The notes under the pieces were generated by a model. It did not search any database. It saw nothing but the letters and a program-made list of their open reading frames with translations, and had not been told where the DNA came from. From an uncultured Chloroflexia bacterium (GTDB lineage: Bacteria > Chloroflexota > UBA6077 > JACCZL01), in the NCBI GenBank assembly GCA_963765765.1, contig CAVXYC010000020.1:1-64000 (forward strand): 64,000 nt of DNA, written 5' to 3'. Within the stretch, counting starts at the first letter, position 1; each line of letters starts with the position of its first letter. The position numbers and the translations under genes are program-made. This document shows, piece by piece, positions 1 through 11,791 of this stretch.

Positions 1-738
1 TGGCCGAGCTGCTGCTGGACCACTACCCCGATGAGCGCGCCGAAGCGCTGGAGCACCTGGACTTCGCTATCGGCGAGGTGCAGCAGATGAAGATGCAGCC
101 CATGCTGGAGCGAGCACTGCGCCGCAAGCTCCACCTCCAGGGCGTCGATTCCGTCTTACCCAGCACATCGATCGACGCAGTGGCGATCGCCGTGCAATCG
201 GAGCGCCCCAATCTGCAGCCCCACGCCGCGCCCGACGGCACCGTCACCTTGCTCTTCACCGACATCGAAGATTCGACGGGCTTGACCGTGCGCCTGGGCG
301 ATCAGCGCTGGCTGGAGATCTTGCGGGCGCACCACGCGCTCATCCGCCAGCAGGTGCACGATCATGGCGGATTCGAGGTCAAGTGCCAGGGCGATGGTTT
401 CATGCTGGCCTTCGGCAGCGCGCGTCGCGCGTTGGAGTGCGCGGTGGCCATTCAGCGGGCCGTCGAAGCCGGCAACTGCGGCCCACCCGAGACACCTATC
501 CGCGTCCGCATCGGGCCTGCACACCGGCGAGGCGCTCAAGGAAGCCGATGACTTCCATGGCAAGCACGTGGTCCTCGCCGCGCGCATCGCCGATCAGGCT
601 CATGGTGGCGAGATCCTGGTCTCGGCGCTGCTGAAGGAGCTGACCGGAGCAGTGGCGGATGTGCAGTTTGACGAGGGCCGTGACGTGGCGCTCAAGGGAC
701 TGGACCGGCCGCACACCGTGTTACGCGGTGCGTGCTGA
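1..738 (+). CDS. C-terminal part (TPR end + class III nucleotide cyclase) of kinase-STAND-cyclase paralog 1; 5' part outside window; one apparent frameshift
   Basis: [13 protein letters not shown]...MKMQPMLERALRRKL, then cyclase motifs [22 protein letters not shown] and, in the shifted frame, [26 protein letters not shown]. Closely similar to the C-termini of the two downstream copies. Confidence 0.9.
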
Positions 739-740
739 GT

Positions 741-3700
741 ATGCGACTGGCGGGCGCATCCAGCGGCAGATCGATCGCAGCTTCCGACTTGAGGCCGGCT
801 CTGAGCGGCACAGCGATGATCGCAGACTGGACGCGGTGCTGGAGCTCGCCACAGCCGTGCTGGCGCTGATCCCGACAAGCGACGCGTTGGTTGCAGAGTC
901 TGCGGACCGCGCATGCTGAGGCGCCCCGGCCATGACCATTAGATCCCCCCATCGTCGGCGGCACTGTCAGCCACGGCAATAACCAGCGACACGTTCGCCA
1001 ACGGCCGCTACCAGGTCACGCGGCTGCTCGGCGAAGGCGGCAAGAAGCGCGTCTACCTGGCCCATGACACGCTGCTCGATCGCGAGGTTGCCTTCGCGCT
1101 GATCAAGACCGAGGGCCTGGATGAGGCGGGCCGCGAGCGGATTCGCCGCGAAGCCCGGGCCATGGGCCGTCTGGGATCCCATCCGAACATCGTCACCGTG
1201 CATCGATCTCGGCGAAGAGCAGGGGCAGCCGTATCTGGTGACCGAGCTCATGCCGGGCGGCGATCTGCACCGCGATCCTGGCCGCAGGCGCCGGAGCATC
1301 GCCTGCCGATCGACGCAGGTCCTTGACATCTGGCCAGCAGCTCTGCCGGGCGCTGGAGCATGCCCACGCGCAGCGAGCTCATCCACCGCGACCTCAAGCC
1401 CGGCAACATCTGGCTCACCGCCGATGGCACAGCCAAGCTGGGCGACTTCGGTCTGGCCGTGGCGTTGGATCAGACCCGCCATACCCAGCCGGGCATGATG
1501 GTCGGAACGATGGCGTACATGGCCCCCGAGCAAGCCATCGGCGGGGCCGTGGATGCGCGTTCGGATCTGTACGCGCTGGGCTGCGTGCTGTACGAGCTGG
1601 TCTGCGGGCGCCCGCCGTTCGTCGGCGAGGAATCCGTGGCCATCATCACGCCAGCATCTCAATACCCCGCCCGTCGCACCCTCCTGGCACCGGCCCGAGT
1701 GCCCGCCGGGCCTGGAAGCGCTGATCCTGCGCTTGCTGGAGAAGGATCCCGGACAAGCGGCCCGCCTCGGCCGGCGAGGTGCTCCAGGCGCTGAGCGCGA
1801 TTGACCCTAGGCCAGCCGACGTCGCGTGCCGACAGCGGATGCGACTCCCACCCGCGATGGATCCAGCGCCGCGCTCGTACCGCCAGACCTTCGTCGGCCG
1901 CGAGGCCGAGCTGCGCAGCTCGAAGAGGCCTTCGACGCGGCGCTCTCCGGCCAGGGCAGCCTGGTCATGGTGGTCGGCGAGCCGGGCATCGGCAAGACCA
2001 GCGCTGTGCGAGCAGCTCGCCACCTACGTCACGGTGCGCGGCGGCACCGCGCTGGTGGGCCACTGCTATGAGGAAGGCTCGCTCTCCCTGCCGTATCTGC
2101 CCTTCGTGGAGGCCATGCGCAGCTACGTGCTGGCCCGCGACCCGGACGGGCTTAACGAGCGACCTGGGACCGGTGCCGGCGACGTGGCCCGCATCGTCTC
2201 CGAGGTGCGCGAGCGCGTCGCCGTCCGGAGCGGCCACCCGGGCGATCCCGAGGAGGAGCGCTGGCGCTTGCTGCAGGCGGTGACCGGCTTCCTGCGCAAC
2301 GCCAGCCCGGTGCGGCCCGCTGCTCATCGTCCTGGAAGATCTGCACTGGGCCGATCGGGCACGCTCGATCTGCTCCAGCACGTGGCCCGCAACCTGGCCG
2401 GGCGCGCGATTGCTGATCGTGGGCACGTATCGGGACGTGGAGGTGGATCGCGCCCATCCGCTCTCCTCGGCGCTGGCCGAGCTGCGGCGCAGCGGCGCCT
2501 TCAGCCGCATCCCGCTGCGCGGGCTGACGGTGGACGAGGTGCATCGGATGATGCACCTGATCCGCGGCCAGGAGGTGCCCTGGAGTCGGGCCGAGGCGAT
2601 CCACCGCCAGACCGAGGGCAATCCGCTGTTCGTCCAGGAGGTGCTGCGCTACCTGGTGGAAGAGGGCCTGGTCGTGCGCGAGGGCGGCCAGTGGGTGCGC
2701 ACCGATGGCAGCGATCCCGAGGCCGGTATTCCCGAGGGGCTGCGCGACGTCATCGGCAAACGACTCTCGCGCCTCGGCGAGCTGGGCAATCGCGTGCTGA
2801 GCGTGGCCTCGGTGATCGGCCGGGAGTTCCGCCTCGATGTGCTCGAGCGCGTGGCCGGGCTGCCCGAGGAGGAGCTGTACAGCGCGCCTGGACGAGGCGC
2901 GCGATCGGGCGGTGGTGGAGGAGCGCAGCGGTCCGGCCGGGCGCCGTGACGTATCGCTTCACCCACGCCTTCTTCCGCCAGACGCTGTACGAGGAGCTGA
3001 GCGCGCCGCGGCGCATCCGGCTGCACCAGCAGGTGGCGCGGGCGTTGGAGGACGTCCACGGCAGGCGAACGGAGGAGCACGCCGCCGAGCTGGCCGAGCA
3101 CTTCTGCGCACTCGTCGGATCCCGGGGATCTGGAGAAGGCGGTGCGGTACGGCGAGCTGGCGGCGCAGCGGGCGCTGAGCGTGTACGCCTACGGGGAGGC
3201 CGCCCGACACCTGGAGCAGGCGCTGGAGGTCCAGGAGGTGCTGGACCCGGACGACCACTCGAAGCGCTGCGATCTGCTGCTGGCACTGGGCGAAGCGATG
3301 CTGCCACTGGAAGACCCGGTGCGCGTGAGTGCCACGGTCGGCACCGGAGGCGTTCGCGCTGGCCGAAGCGCTCGGCGACTCGGACCGCGCCGCGCGGGCC
3401 GCCATCCAGGCCTGGAGTCTTTGATTCGCTCGACGGGTTCCACTCCACGGCTTGCCGGCGTCCCGGAGTTTCAAGAGTGGGCGGCCCGCGCGGATCGCTG
3501 CGCGCAACCGGGGACCGCCCAGCGCGTCTACGCCGACATCTACCAGGGGCTCGCGCAGATCGGTGCCCGGCCGGCCGCGGCTGGGCATGTGTTCTTGAGG
3601 CGCGCGGTGGAAGGGGCGCTCACCCTCGATGACACTCCCTGGTGTTCGCGGCGGCGGGGTGGGCGTTCCGGAACCTCAGCGCGCTTCGGGACGGTGACAC

Positions 3701-5263
3701 GGTGATGCGTCTTGCCCAGGAGGTGCTGCGCCGCCCGCGCCATGGCTCACGGGCGACCGACCTGGGAATCTGCCTGTACTGGGCGGGGATCAGCTGCTTG
3801 GCAGCGGGCAGCGCGACCACGCCGAGATAGCGTGGCGCGAGCTGACGCAGCTTGCCGAGCACACGCAGGATCGAAGCTGCGAGTCCAGGCGCTGACCCCG
3901 CCCGCTGTCCTGGCGTTCGTCGATGGGCGTCTCGAGGAGGCGGTCGCATTATTCGAAGCACGCGCCGCCACGGCGCTGGAGCTGGGCGTCGGAGTCGCTG
4001 CGCCCCGCGAAGCTGAGCGCCCCGGCGCTCCTGTACCTCGGGCGTGGTACCGAGGCCGTCCTGGAAGAATTGCGGGAGATCTACGAACGAATGCCAGGGC
4101 CGTCCTGACCAAGCGAAGGCGGCGCTCGTGCTCGCCTTGCTGGGGCGCCACGCCGAGGCGCGGGCCATCCGTGAGCGGTTCGAGGATATCGGATCGGAGC
4201 ACGACGAAACGAGTAAGGGACTTCTTGTGTCCCTGTTCGAAGCGGCAATCCTCGGCGCCGACCGGGAGACCCTCAGCGCGCTCCTGCCTCGATTTGCGCC
4301 GCTGGGGAACACGTTGTGGATCAGCCGAGCGGGTCGTTCGAACCGCACCTCAGCGTCGGCCGACTCGTGGGCGCAGCTGCCGTGCTGCTCGGTCAGTACG
4401 AGGAGGCTCGCGACTTCTACCACAGGCGCTCGACGCGTGCGCCAGGGTGCGGTTTCGTCCCGAGATCGCCATCATCCACGTCCATCTCGCCGAGCTGCTC
4501 CTGGATCACTACCCGGACGAGCGCAATGCTGCCATCGAGCATCTCGACTTCGCCATCGGCGAGCTGCGCGCGATGAAGATGCAGCCCATGCTGGAACGGG
4601 CCCTCCGCCGCAAGCTCCAGCTCCAGGGCGTCGAATCCATCTCACCCAGCACCTCGATCGACGCGGTCAGCCTCGCCGTGGCCATCGAGCGGCCCGATCT
4701 GCGGCCCCACGCCGCGCCCGATGGCACCGTGACGCTGCTGTTCACGCGACATCGAAGACTACAGCGCCATGACCCTGCGCCTTGGCGATCAGCGCTGGCT
4801 GCGAGGTGCTCCGTGCGCACCACGCGCTCGTCCGCCAGCAGCGTGCAGGATCACGGCGGGTTCGAGGTGAAGTGCCAGGGGGATGGCTTCATGCTGGCGT
4901 TCGGCAGTGCCCGGCGGGCGCTGGAGTGCGCCGTCGCCATTCAGCAAGCCTCCACTCCGACGCCCCAACCGCCGCAGCCGTCCGCGTGCGCATGGGCTTG
5001 CACACCGGGAGGCCATCAAAGAAGAGGACGACTTTCACGGCACCACGTGGTCCTCGCCGCGCGCATCGCCGAGAAGGCCGAGGGCGGTGAGATCCTGGTC
5101 TCGGAGCTGCTGCGGACCCTGCTCGGATCGCTGGCCGGGGTGGAGATGCGCGATGCCGGTCGCAAGCAGCTCAAGGGCTTGCCCGGTCGCCACACGGCTC
5201 TATCAGGCGGTGTGGGATGGCGAACGGGCGCATCCAGCGCCAGATCGATCGCCTGCTCGATGA
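741..5263 (+). CDS. Ser/Thr kinase - STAND (AAA_16-type) NTPase - TPR - class III cyclase, paralog 2 (many apparent frameshifts)
   Basis: Joined frames give [31 protein letters not shown]; [43 protein letters not shown]; a helical repeat region; and cyclase motifs [10 protein letters not shown] and HVVLAARIA. The exact ends are uncertain. Confidence 0.85.
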
Positions 5264-8200
5264 GATCGACAGCGTCGGATCCGAGAGGAGCTGGACGACG
5301 GTGCGGGACCATGCCCAGCACGTGCTGGCGCTCGATCCCGAGCAACGTCGATGCGCTGCGCTTTCTCGTGGCCATCGCCGAGCGCGCGCCTTGGCGATGC
5401 CGCGTCGGCAACCGGCCCGGGGCATCAGCCGCCCCGATGCAGCCGGCCCCCAAGGCTTTCGCCAACGGCCGGTACCAGGTGTCGCGACTGCTCGGCGAGG
5501 GGGCGAAGAAGCGTGTCTTCCAGGCCCACGATACCCGACTGGGCCGGGACGTGGCCTTCGCGCTGATCAAGACCGACGGGCTGGATGCCACCGGCCGCGA
5601 CCGCCTGCAGCGCGAGACGCGAGCCATGGCCCGACTGGGGACCATCCGCAACATCGTCACGGTGTTCGACCTCGGCGACGATCACGGCCAGCCCTACCTG
5701 GTAAGCCAGCTCATGGCCGGGCGGCAGCCTGGATCAGCGGCTGGCGCAAGCATCGGAGCATCGACTGCCGCTGGAGCAGGCGGTAGCGATCGCCGTGAGA
5801 GGTGTGCCGGGCGCTGGAGCATGCGCACGCGCACAGCGTGATCCACCGTGACCTCAAGCCGGGCAACATCTGGCTCACGGATGACGGGACAGCCAAGCTG
5901 GGGGACTTTGGTCTCGCGGTAGCCCTGGATCAGACCCGCCATACCCAGCCCGGGATGATGGTCGGCACAGTCGCCTACATGGCGCCCGGAACAGGCCATT
6001 GGGTGGCGGAGTCGATGCGCGCAGCGATCTCTACAGCCTGGGCTGCGTGCTGTACGAGATGGTCTGCGGCCGACCGCCGTTCGTTGGCGACGAGAGCGTG
6101 GCGATCATCAGCTCAGCACCTCAATACGCCGCCGGTGAATCCGTCCTGGCACCGTCCCGATATCCCGCCGGGCCTGGAAGCGCTGATTCTCCGCTTGCTG
6201 GAGAAGGATCCGGGCAAGCGGCCTCGAGTCGCGTCGGACGTCTCCAGGCATTGGCGGCCATCGACCTTGAAGCATCCCCGCCGCGACCTCGAGATCGAGC
6301 GGTCCCCGTCGGCGCAGTGCGCAGGACGCGCAGCTCTACCAGCAGACGTTCGTGGGTCGCGAGGCAGGAGGTCCGCCAGATCCAGGCGGCCTATGACGCT
6401 GCCGTCTCCGGCCAGGGCAGCCTGGTGACGGTGGTGGGCGAGCCGGGCATCGGCAAGACGGCACTCTGCGAGCAGCTCGCCACCTATGTGGCCGTGCGCG
6501 GGGGCGAACGCTGGTGGGCCACTGTTACGGCGAAGGCTCCACATCGCTCCCCTATTTGCCGTTCGTCGAGGCGCTCCGCATCTACGTGCTGGCGCGCGAA
6601 CCGGATGCGCCTGCGCAGCGAGCTCGGCCGGCGCCGGGGACCTGGCCCGCATCGTCTCCGAGGTCCGCGAACGCCTCCAGGTCGAGCCGCGACCCGGGCG
6701 GTGACCCGGAGGAAGACCGCTGGCGACTCCTGCAAGCGGTCACCGGGTTCCTGCGCAATGCCAGTCGCGTGCAGCCGATCGCTGCTCGTGCTGGAAGACC
6801 TGCACTGGGCGGATCGCGGCACGCTCGATCTCCTGCTGCACGTGGCCCGCAATCTGGCCGGCGCCCGGCTGCTCTGGTGGTCGGCCACCTACCGCGACGT
6901 CGAGGTGGACCGCGCCCACCCGCTGTCATCCGGCCCTGGCCGAGCTGCGGCGCGATCCGCGACCTTCATGCGCGTCGCCCTGCGCGGGCTCACGGTGGAC
7001 GAAGTCCATCGGATGATGCAGTCTGATTCGGGGACAGGAAATTCCCTGGAGCCGGGCGGAAGCGATCCACCGTCAGACCGAGGGCAATCCACTGTTCGTC
7101 CAGGAAGTGCTGCGCTACATCGTCGAGGAGGGCCTCCTCATGCGCGAGGGCGGCCGCTGGGTGCGCACCGACGCCGGGCGAGCCGGACGCCGGCATACCA
7201 GAGGGGCTGCGCGATGTGATCGGCAAGCGGCTGACCCGGCTGAGCACGTCGTGCAATCGGGTGCTGGCCGTTGCCGGCGGTCATCGGCCGGGAGTTCCGC
7301 CTGGATGTGCTCCAGGGGGTGGCCGCCTGCCCGAAGAGGACTTGTACGCGGCACTGGAGGAAGCCCGGCCGTGGCGGTGGTCGAGCAGCGATCGGCAATG
7401 GGCAGCGGTGTCACGCTTCCGCTTCGCCCACGCCTTCTTCCGCCAGACCCTGTACGAGGAGATGTTCGTGCCGCGCCGGATCCGCTTGCACCAGCAGGTC
7501 GCCCGGGTGCTGGAGGAGGTCCACGCGCGGCGGCTGGAGTGAGCACGCGGCCGAGCTGGCCGAGCACTTTGCCCAATCCACGGAGCCGGAGGATCTGGCC
7601 AAGGCGCTGCACTACAGCGAGCTGGGGGCCGAGCGGGCGCTGAGCGTCTATCGCCTATGCGGAGGCGGCGCGGCTGCTGGAACAGGCGTTGCAGGTGCAG
7701 GATGTGCTGGAGCCAGACGATCACACGAAACGGTGTGATCTTCTGCTGGCGCTGGGCCAGGCGCTCATGCCGGCCGGCGAGCCAGAGCGGGTGAGCGACG
7801 AGATTGCCTCGCAAGCGCTGGCGCAGGCCGAGCGCGCGGGCGACGCCACGCGTGTGGCCAGGGTGTCGCGGCTGGCGCTGGAGGCCCTCCATCGAAGGCT
7901 GGCCGCGCTGGCGCCGGCACTCCAGCGTGGCGGAATGGGCCGAGCGGGCAGATGCGAGCCGGCCGACCCGGCAGTCCCGGAGCGAGCCTACGCCGATGTG
8001 CGATGGGACGGCTCCGCTCGCTCAGCAGCGCCACGAAGAGGGCGTCATCCTGCTCGCACGGGCGTGGAGCTGGCGCGAGAGCTAGGCGACGCGGAGCTCT
8101 TTGCGACCGCTGGCTGGCAGGCGATCCGGTTTCAGATGACATCAGGAACGAATGGCGGGACGCTGTAGCGCTGGCGGATGAGCTGCTGGCGCGACCGCGC

Positions 8201-9693
8201 GACGGGGTATCGCTTCGCACCCAGGGACAGATCCTGGAATTCTGCGGTAGCGCGCTGCTGGTGAAAGAGGACCGGGAGGGTGCGGTTCAATGCTGGCACG
8301 ATCTCGCGGAGTTGGCTGAGCGGAGCCGTGATCCATTCATTCGGCTGAACGCGCTGAGCTACCAGGCCGTCAGTCGCGATGTTGGACGGTCGGCTGGATG
8401 AGGCGGCCGAGCTAGGGCGCCGCCTGAGAGAACAGGGGGAGGAGCTCGGCGCTCCGCAGGTGGGCATGGGTTTCGCCGCGACGCGGCTGGACCGGCACTG
8501 CCCGCTGCTGGGTCGGAACGACGAGTGTCGCGAGTGGTGCAAGCATCAGCGCATGGGATGCCCAGGTGCGGCACTGTCCCACGCGCTCGTCGGAGACCGC
8601 GAGGAAGCGCGGAGGCTGCTTGACGATTGCCCTCAACCGAACCGCTACGGATGCTCCCGAGCCGAGCGGCTCGCGCTTTACCGGAGCTTCTCAACATACT
8701 CGTTCGATGCTTGGAGGCCGCGATTGTGCTTGAAGACACATCGCTGGTCCAGGTGCTTGCCCGTGAACTTCCGAGCGGCGCCGGCATTCCACCGGCCGAT
8801 CGCGGGCTAACCTGCCTCTATCGTCACCTGGGGGCCGCAGCGGCACTGCTCGGGGACACGAAGGAGGGGGTGGCTTGGTACCGGCGGGCGATTGACGCGT
8901 GCGAGCGAGTTCGCAGCCGTCCCGACCTGGCGCTGAGTCGCCTGGGGCTCGCCGAGCTGCTCCTGGATCATTATCCGGATCAGCAAGCCGAGGCGCTGGA
9001 GCACCTGGAATTCGTTATTGCCGAATGCAGGGCAATGCACATGCAGCCCGCGCTCCAGCGGGCTCTTCGACGGAAGTTGCAGCACCAGGGCATCGATGAC
9101 GAGCACTCCCGAGACGTCTATCGACGCGCTCACGCTGACCGTGCGGGCTGAGCGACCAGACCTGAGGCCGCACGCCGCACCGGATGGTACCGTGACGCTG
9201 CTCTTCACGGATATCGAAGACTCCAGCGGACTTGACCGTGCGACTCGGCGATCATGCGTTGGCCCAGGAGATGCTGCGCGCGCATCACGCGCTGATGCGG
9301 CAGCAGGTCGCACGATCACGGCGGGATTCGAAGTCAAATGCCAGGGCGATGGCTTCATGGTGGCCTTCCGTAGCGCTCGTCGGGCGCTGGACTGCGCGGT
9401 GGCCATTCAGCGGGCGGTCGAAGCGGACAACCCGATGCACCCTGAGTCAGCCATTCGCGTGCGCATCGGTCTGCACCCGGCGAGGCGCTCAAGGAAGCCG
9501 ATGACTTCCATGGCAAGCCGTGGTCCTTGCGGCGCGCATCGCGAATAAGGCCCAGGGGGGAGAGATCCTGGTGTCTTCATTGCTGCGCGATCTCACTGAT
9601 ACGGGAGCGGGCATCAGTTTCGATGCGGGTGACGACATCGAGCTGAAGGGGCTGGTTGGAACACAGCGGGTGTTTCGCGTGCTTCGGGGTTGA
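5217..9693 (+). CDS. Ser/Thr kinase - STAND NTPase - TPR - class III cyclase, paralog 3 (many apparent frameshifts)
   Basis: Starts [17 protein letters not shown]; [68 protein letters not shown]; ends [16 protein letters not shown]-stop at 9691-9693. Confidence 0.85.
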
Positions 9694-9767
9694 CGCACCA
9701 TCCCGGTCTCGCGACCTCGGGGGACGTGGAGTTCCGCGACGAGAGGTGACCACGATTGGAGCCAACC

Positions 9768-10684
9768 ATGATGATGCAAACGCACATGCCACCCGGGAGA
9801 GACGCAGGGCCGAGAGGGCCGCTCTGTTCCTCGACTACGACAAGGAAGAGCTCGACGCCGCCTATGACCAGGCGCAATGGGCATCCAACCAGGGCGAGAT
9901 CGCCAGGCGCACAGCTCAGAAGAACGGGTAGCCCTTGATCGCCTCGGTCCACCACGCCGACTCGCCTATGGATCCACCGAAATCGAGAAACTCGATCTCT
10001 ATTCCACGAACCGGCCGAACGCGCCAATCAACGTGTTCATCCATGGTGGCGCCTGGCACGTGGGCACTGCCGCTAATGCGGCGTACATGTCAGAGATGTT
10101 CATCGATGCTGGCGCGCACTTCATCGCCCTCGACTTCAATAACGCCATCGAAACGAATGGCGATCTCGTGATCATGGCGGATCAGGTCCGCCCGAGCCGT
10201 TGCCTGGGTGTACCGGAAACCACGAGCTTTGGCGGAGACTCCGACCGTCTGTATGTGTCCGTGTATTCAGGAGCGCACCTCACGGGCGTGGTGCTCACGA
10301 CCGATTGGCCGAAGGACTTCGGACTACCAGCCGACACGGTGAAAGGCGGTCTGTGCTGCAGCGGGATGTACGGCCTCTACCCGGTAGACCTCTCGGCCCG
10401 CAGCGGCTATGTGAAGTTCACAGCCGAGGTGATAGAAGCGCTGAGCTCTCAACGTCACCTTGACAAGCTGGCAGCACCACTGATTGTCGCCCACGGAACG
10501 TTGGAGACACCTGAATTCCAGCGCCAGAATCGGGAGTTCGCCAAGGCAGTGCAAGTCCGGAAAGCCGGTGACGCTCCTCATCGGCGAGGGTTACAACCAT
10601 TTCGAGATGTTTGAGACCCTCGGCAATCCGTACGGCTTGCTGGGTCGCGCGGTGCTCGAGCAGATGGAGCTCACGACTCCTTGA
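9768..10684 (+). CDS. alpha/beta hydrolase, arylformamidase (kynurenine formamidase)-like; frameshifted
   Basis: FLDYDKEELDAAYDQ, LAYG..EKLDLY, VFIHGGAW, SGAHL, ETPEFQRQ, GYNHFE across three frames. Confidence 0.8.
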
Positions 10685-10848
10685 TCGATGCCAGGTGAGG
10701 TTTATGAAGGCGTAGCGGACGCTAGAGCATTGCCCCCGGCCTGAGCCCAACCGTCAAACAGAGCTATGAGTTAGCGGCGCTGAGTGGAGCTCGTCCGGCC
10801 TCGTGGGCCCGAAGTCGAAATCATCGGTAGCCTCACACGGGGACGCCT

Positions 10849-11220
10849 TCAATAAACTGTGGCCCCCAGTCGGGTGGGCGTGCTCCTGGAGACCTCAAAT
10901 CCGACCGGTTTGAATAGCGCCCGATACTCCGCTTCCGTCCGTTCACGGCCGGTGAGCAGGACAAGCATATGCAGGTCCAGCCACTTGCCAAACGCCGGCT
11001 CGTTCCCCGGCGGGATCACCTGCTCCACAACCACGAGCTTGCCATCGGGCGGCATTGCCCGACGGCAGTTCGCGAGGATCTGGCCACACCGGTCGTCATC
11101 CCAATCGTGCAGAATTTGAGCAAGGATATAGACGTTGGAATCGCCAGGAACCGATGCAAAGAAGTCACCGCCGACCGCCTCGCAACGGTCGGCGACGCCC
11201 GCACTCTCGAGAAGTGGCTG
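10849..11220 (-). pseudogene. O-methyltransferase (Methyltransf_2) C-terminal fragment
   Basis: GVADRCEAVGGDFFASVP..VYILAQILHDWDDDRCGQILANCRRAMPPDGKLVVVE..DLHMLVLLTGRERTEAEY. Homology stops at about 11220 and no N-terminal half is seen. Confidence 0.75.
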
Positions 11221-11395
11221 CGTGATTACAGCGCTACGGTTGTTCCGGAATGGAATTGCTGCAAATGGTCACGGTTTATCACCGGGCAATATGCATCGGG
11301 ATGACCACGTGGAAGTAGTGTCTATGGCCATTCAGCAATCTACCGTTTCATTGACATGGACATTTCACGAGTCGCTGGCGTCGGTGCTTGGCCAA

Positions 11396-11791
11396 TCAGC
11401 ACTCGCGCAGCACCCAGGCTTCCATCCGCTCGGCCAGGCAGAACAGGTCCGCTGACTTCAGCTCAGGACGGCTGGCGCAGAACGCGGCCGCCGACTTGAT
11501 GCAGGACTCGCGGACGATCTGCATGTCCTTCGAGGGGAGCGAGCCGGCGATCGGGGACATCCAAAGACTCACGCGCGCGGGCTGGGCCATCCTCGAGCCG
11601 CGTGAGCACCCGAACGAAGCCGGAGCCGTCCAGGCGGACTTCGACACGTGACCGGGCACGACATCATCGATCTGCTCGAGCTTGGCCCACTTCGAGCGGT
11701 TCAGCCATTGGCCATCGATGCGGTAGCCGCGGTCGTTGACCGACTGCACCAAGCCGGTACGGACCTCGGCAGTGTGGCCATTACTGCTCAT
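11396..11791 (-). CDS. hypothetical mobile-element protein (likely frameshifted internally)
   Basis: MSSNGHTAEVRTGLVQSVNDRGYRIDGQWLNRSKW...KDMQIVRESCIKSAAAFCASRPELKSADLFCLAERMEAWV, with GGAGG shortly upstream of the ATG. Confidence 0.5.
   Translation of the reverse strand: MSSNGHTAEVRTGLVQSVNDRGYRIDGQWLNRSKWAKLEQIDDVVPGHVSKSAWTAPASFGCSRGSRMAQPARVSLWMSPIAGSLPSKDMQIVRESCIKSAAAFCASRPELKSADLFCLAERMEAWVLREC

Noticed and set aside
3300-8890. Diversity-generating retroelement behind the variable sensor region
   Set aside because: No reverse transcriptase and no template/variable repeat pair differing mainly at adenines; the divergence involves all bases and indels.
1-9693. Programmed frameshifting, or many small separate genes in the array
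   Set aside because: The shifts fall at different positions in each paralog and interrupt conserved motifs. Similar indels hit housekeeping genes such as tgt, so sequencing error is the simpler explanation.
1-9693. Assignment to a named defence system (Avs, Pycsar, CBASS)
   Set aside because: The cyclase has ATP-type Lys/Asp residues and no adjacent cNMP effector, there is no CD-NTase, and the architecture matches no named system I can support from sequence alone.
10685-11395. Second att site (copy of the tRNA-Arg 3' end)
   Set aside because: I searched by eye for GGTGACCCCGGGCGGACTCGAA and substrings and found no convincing match.
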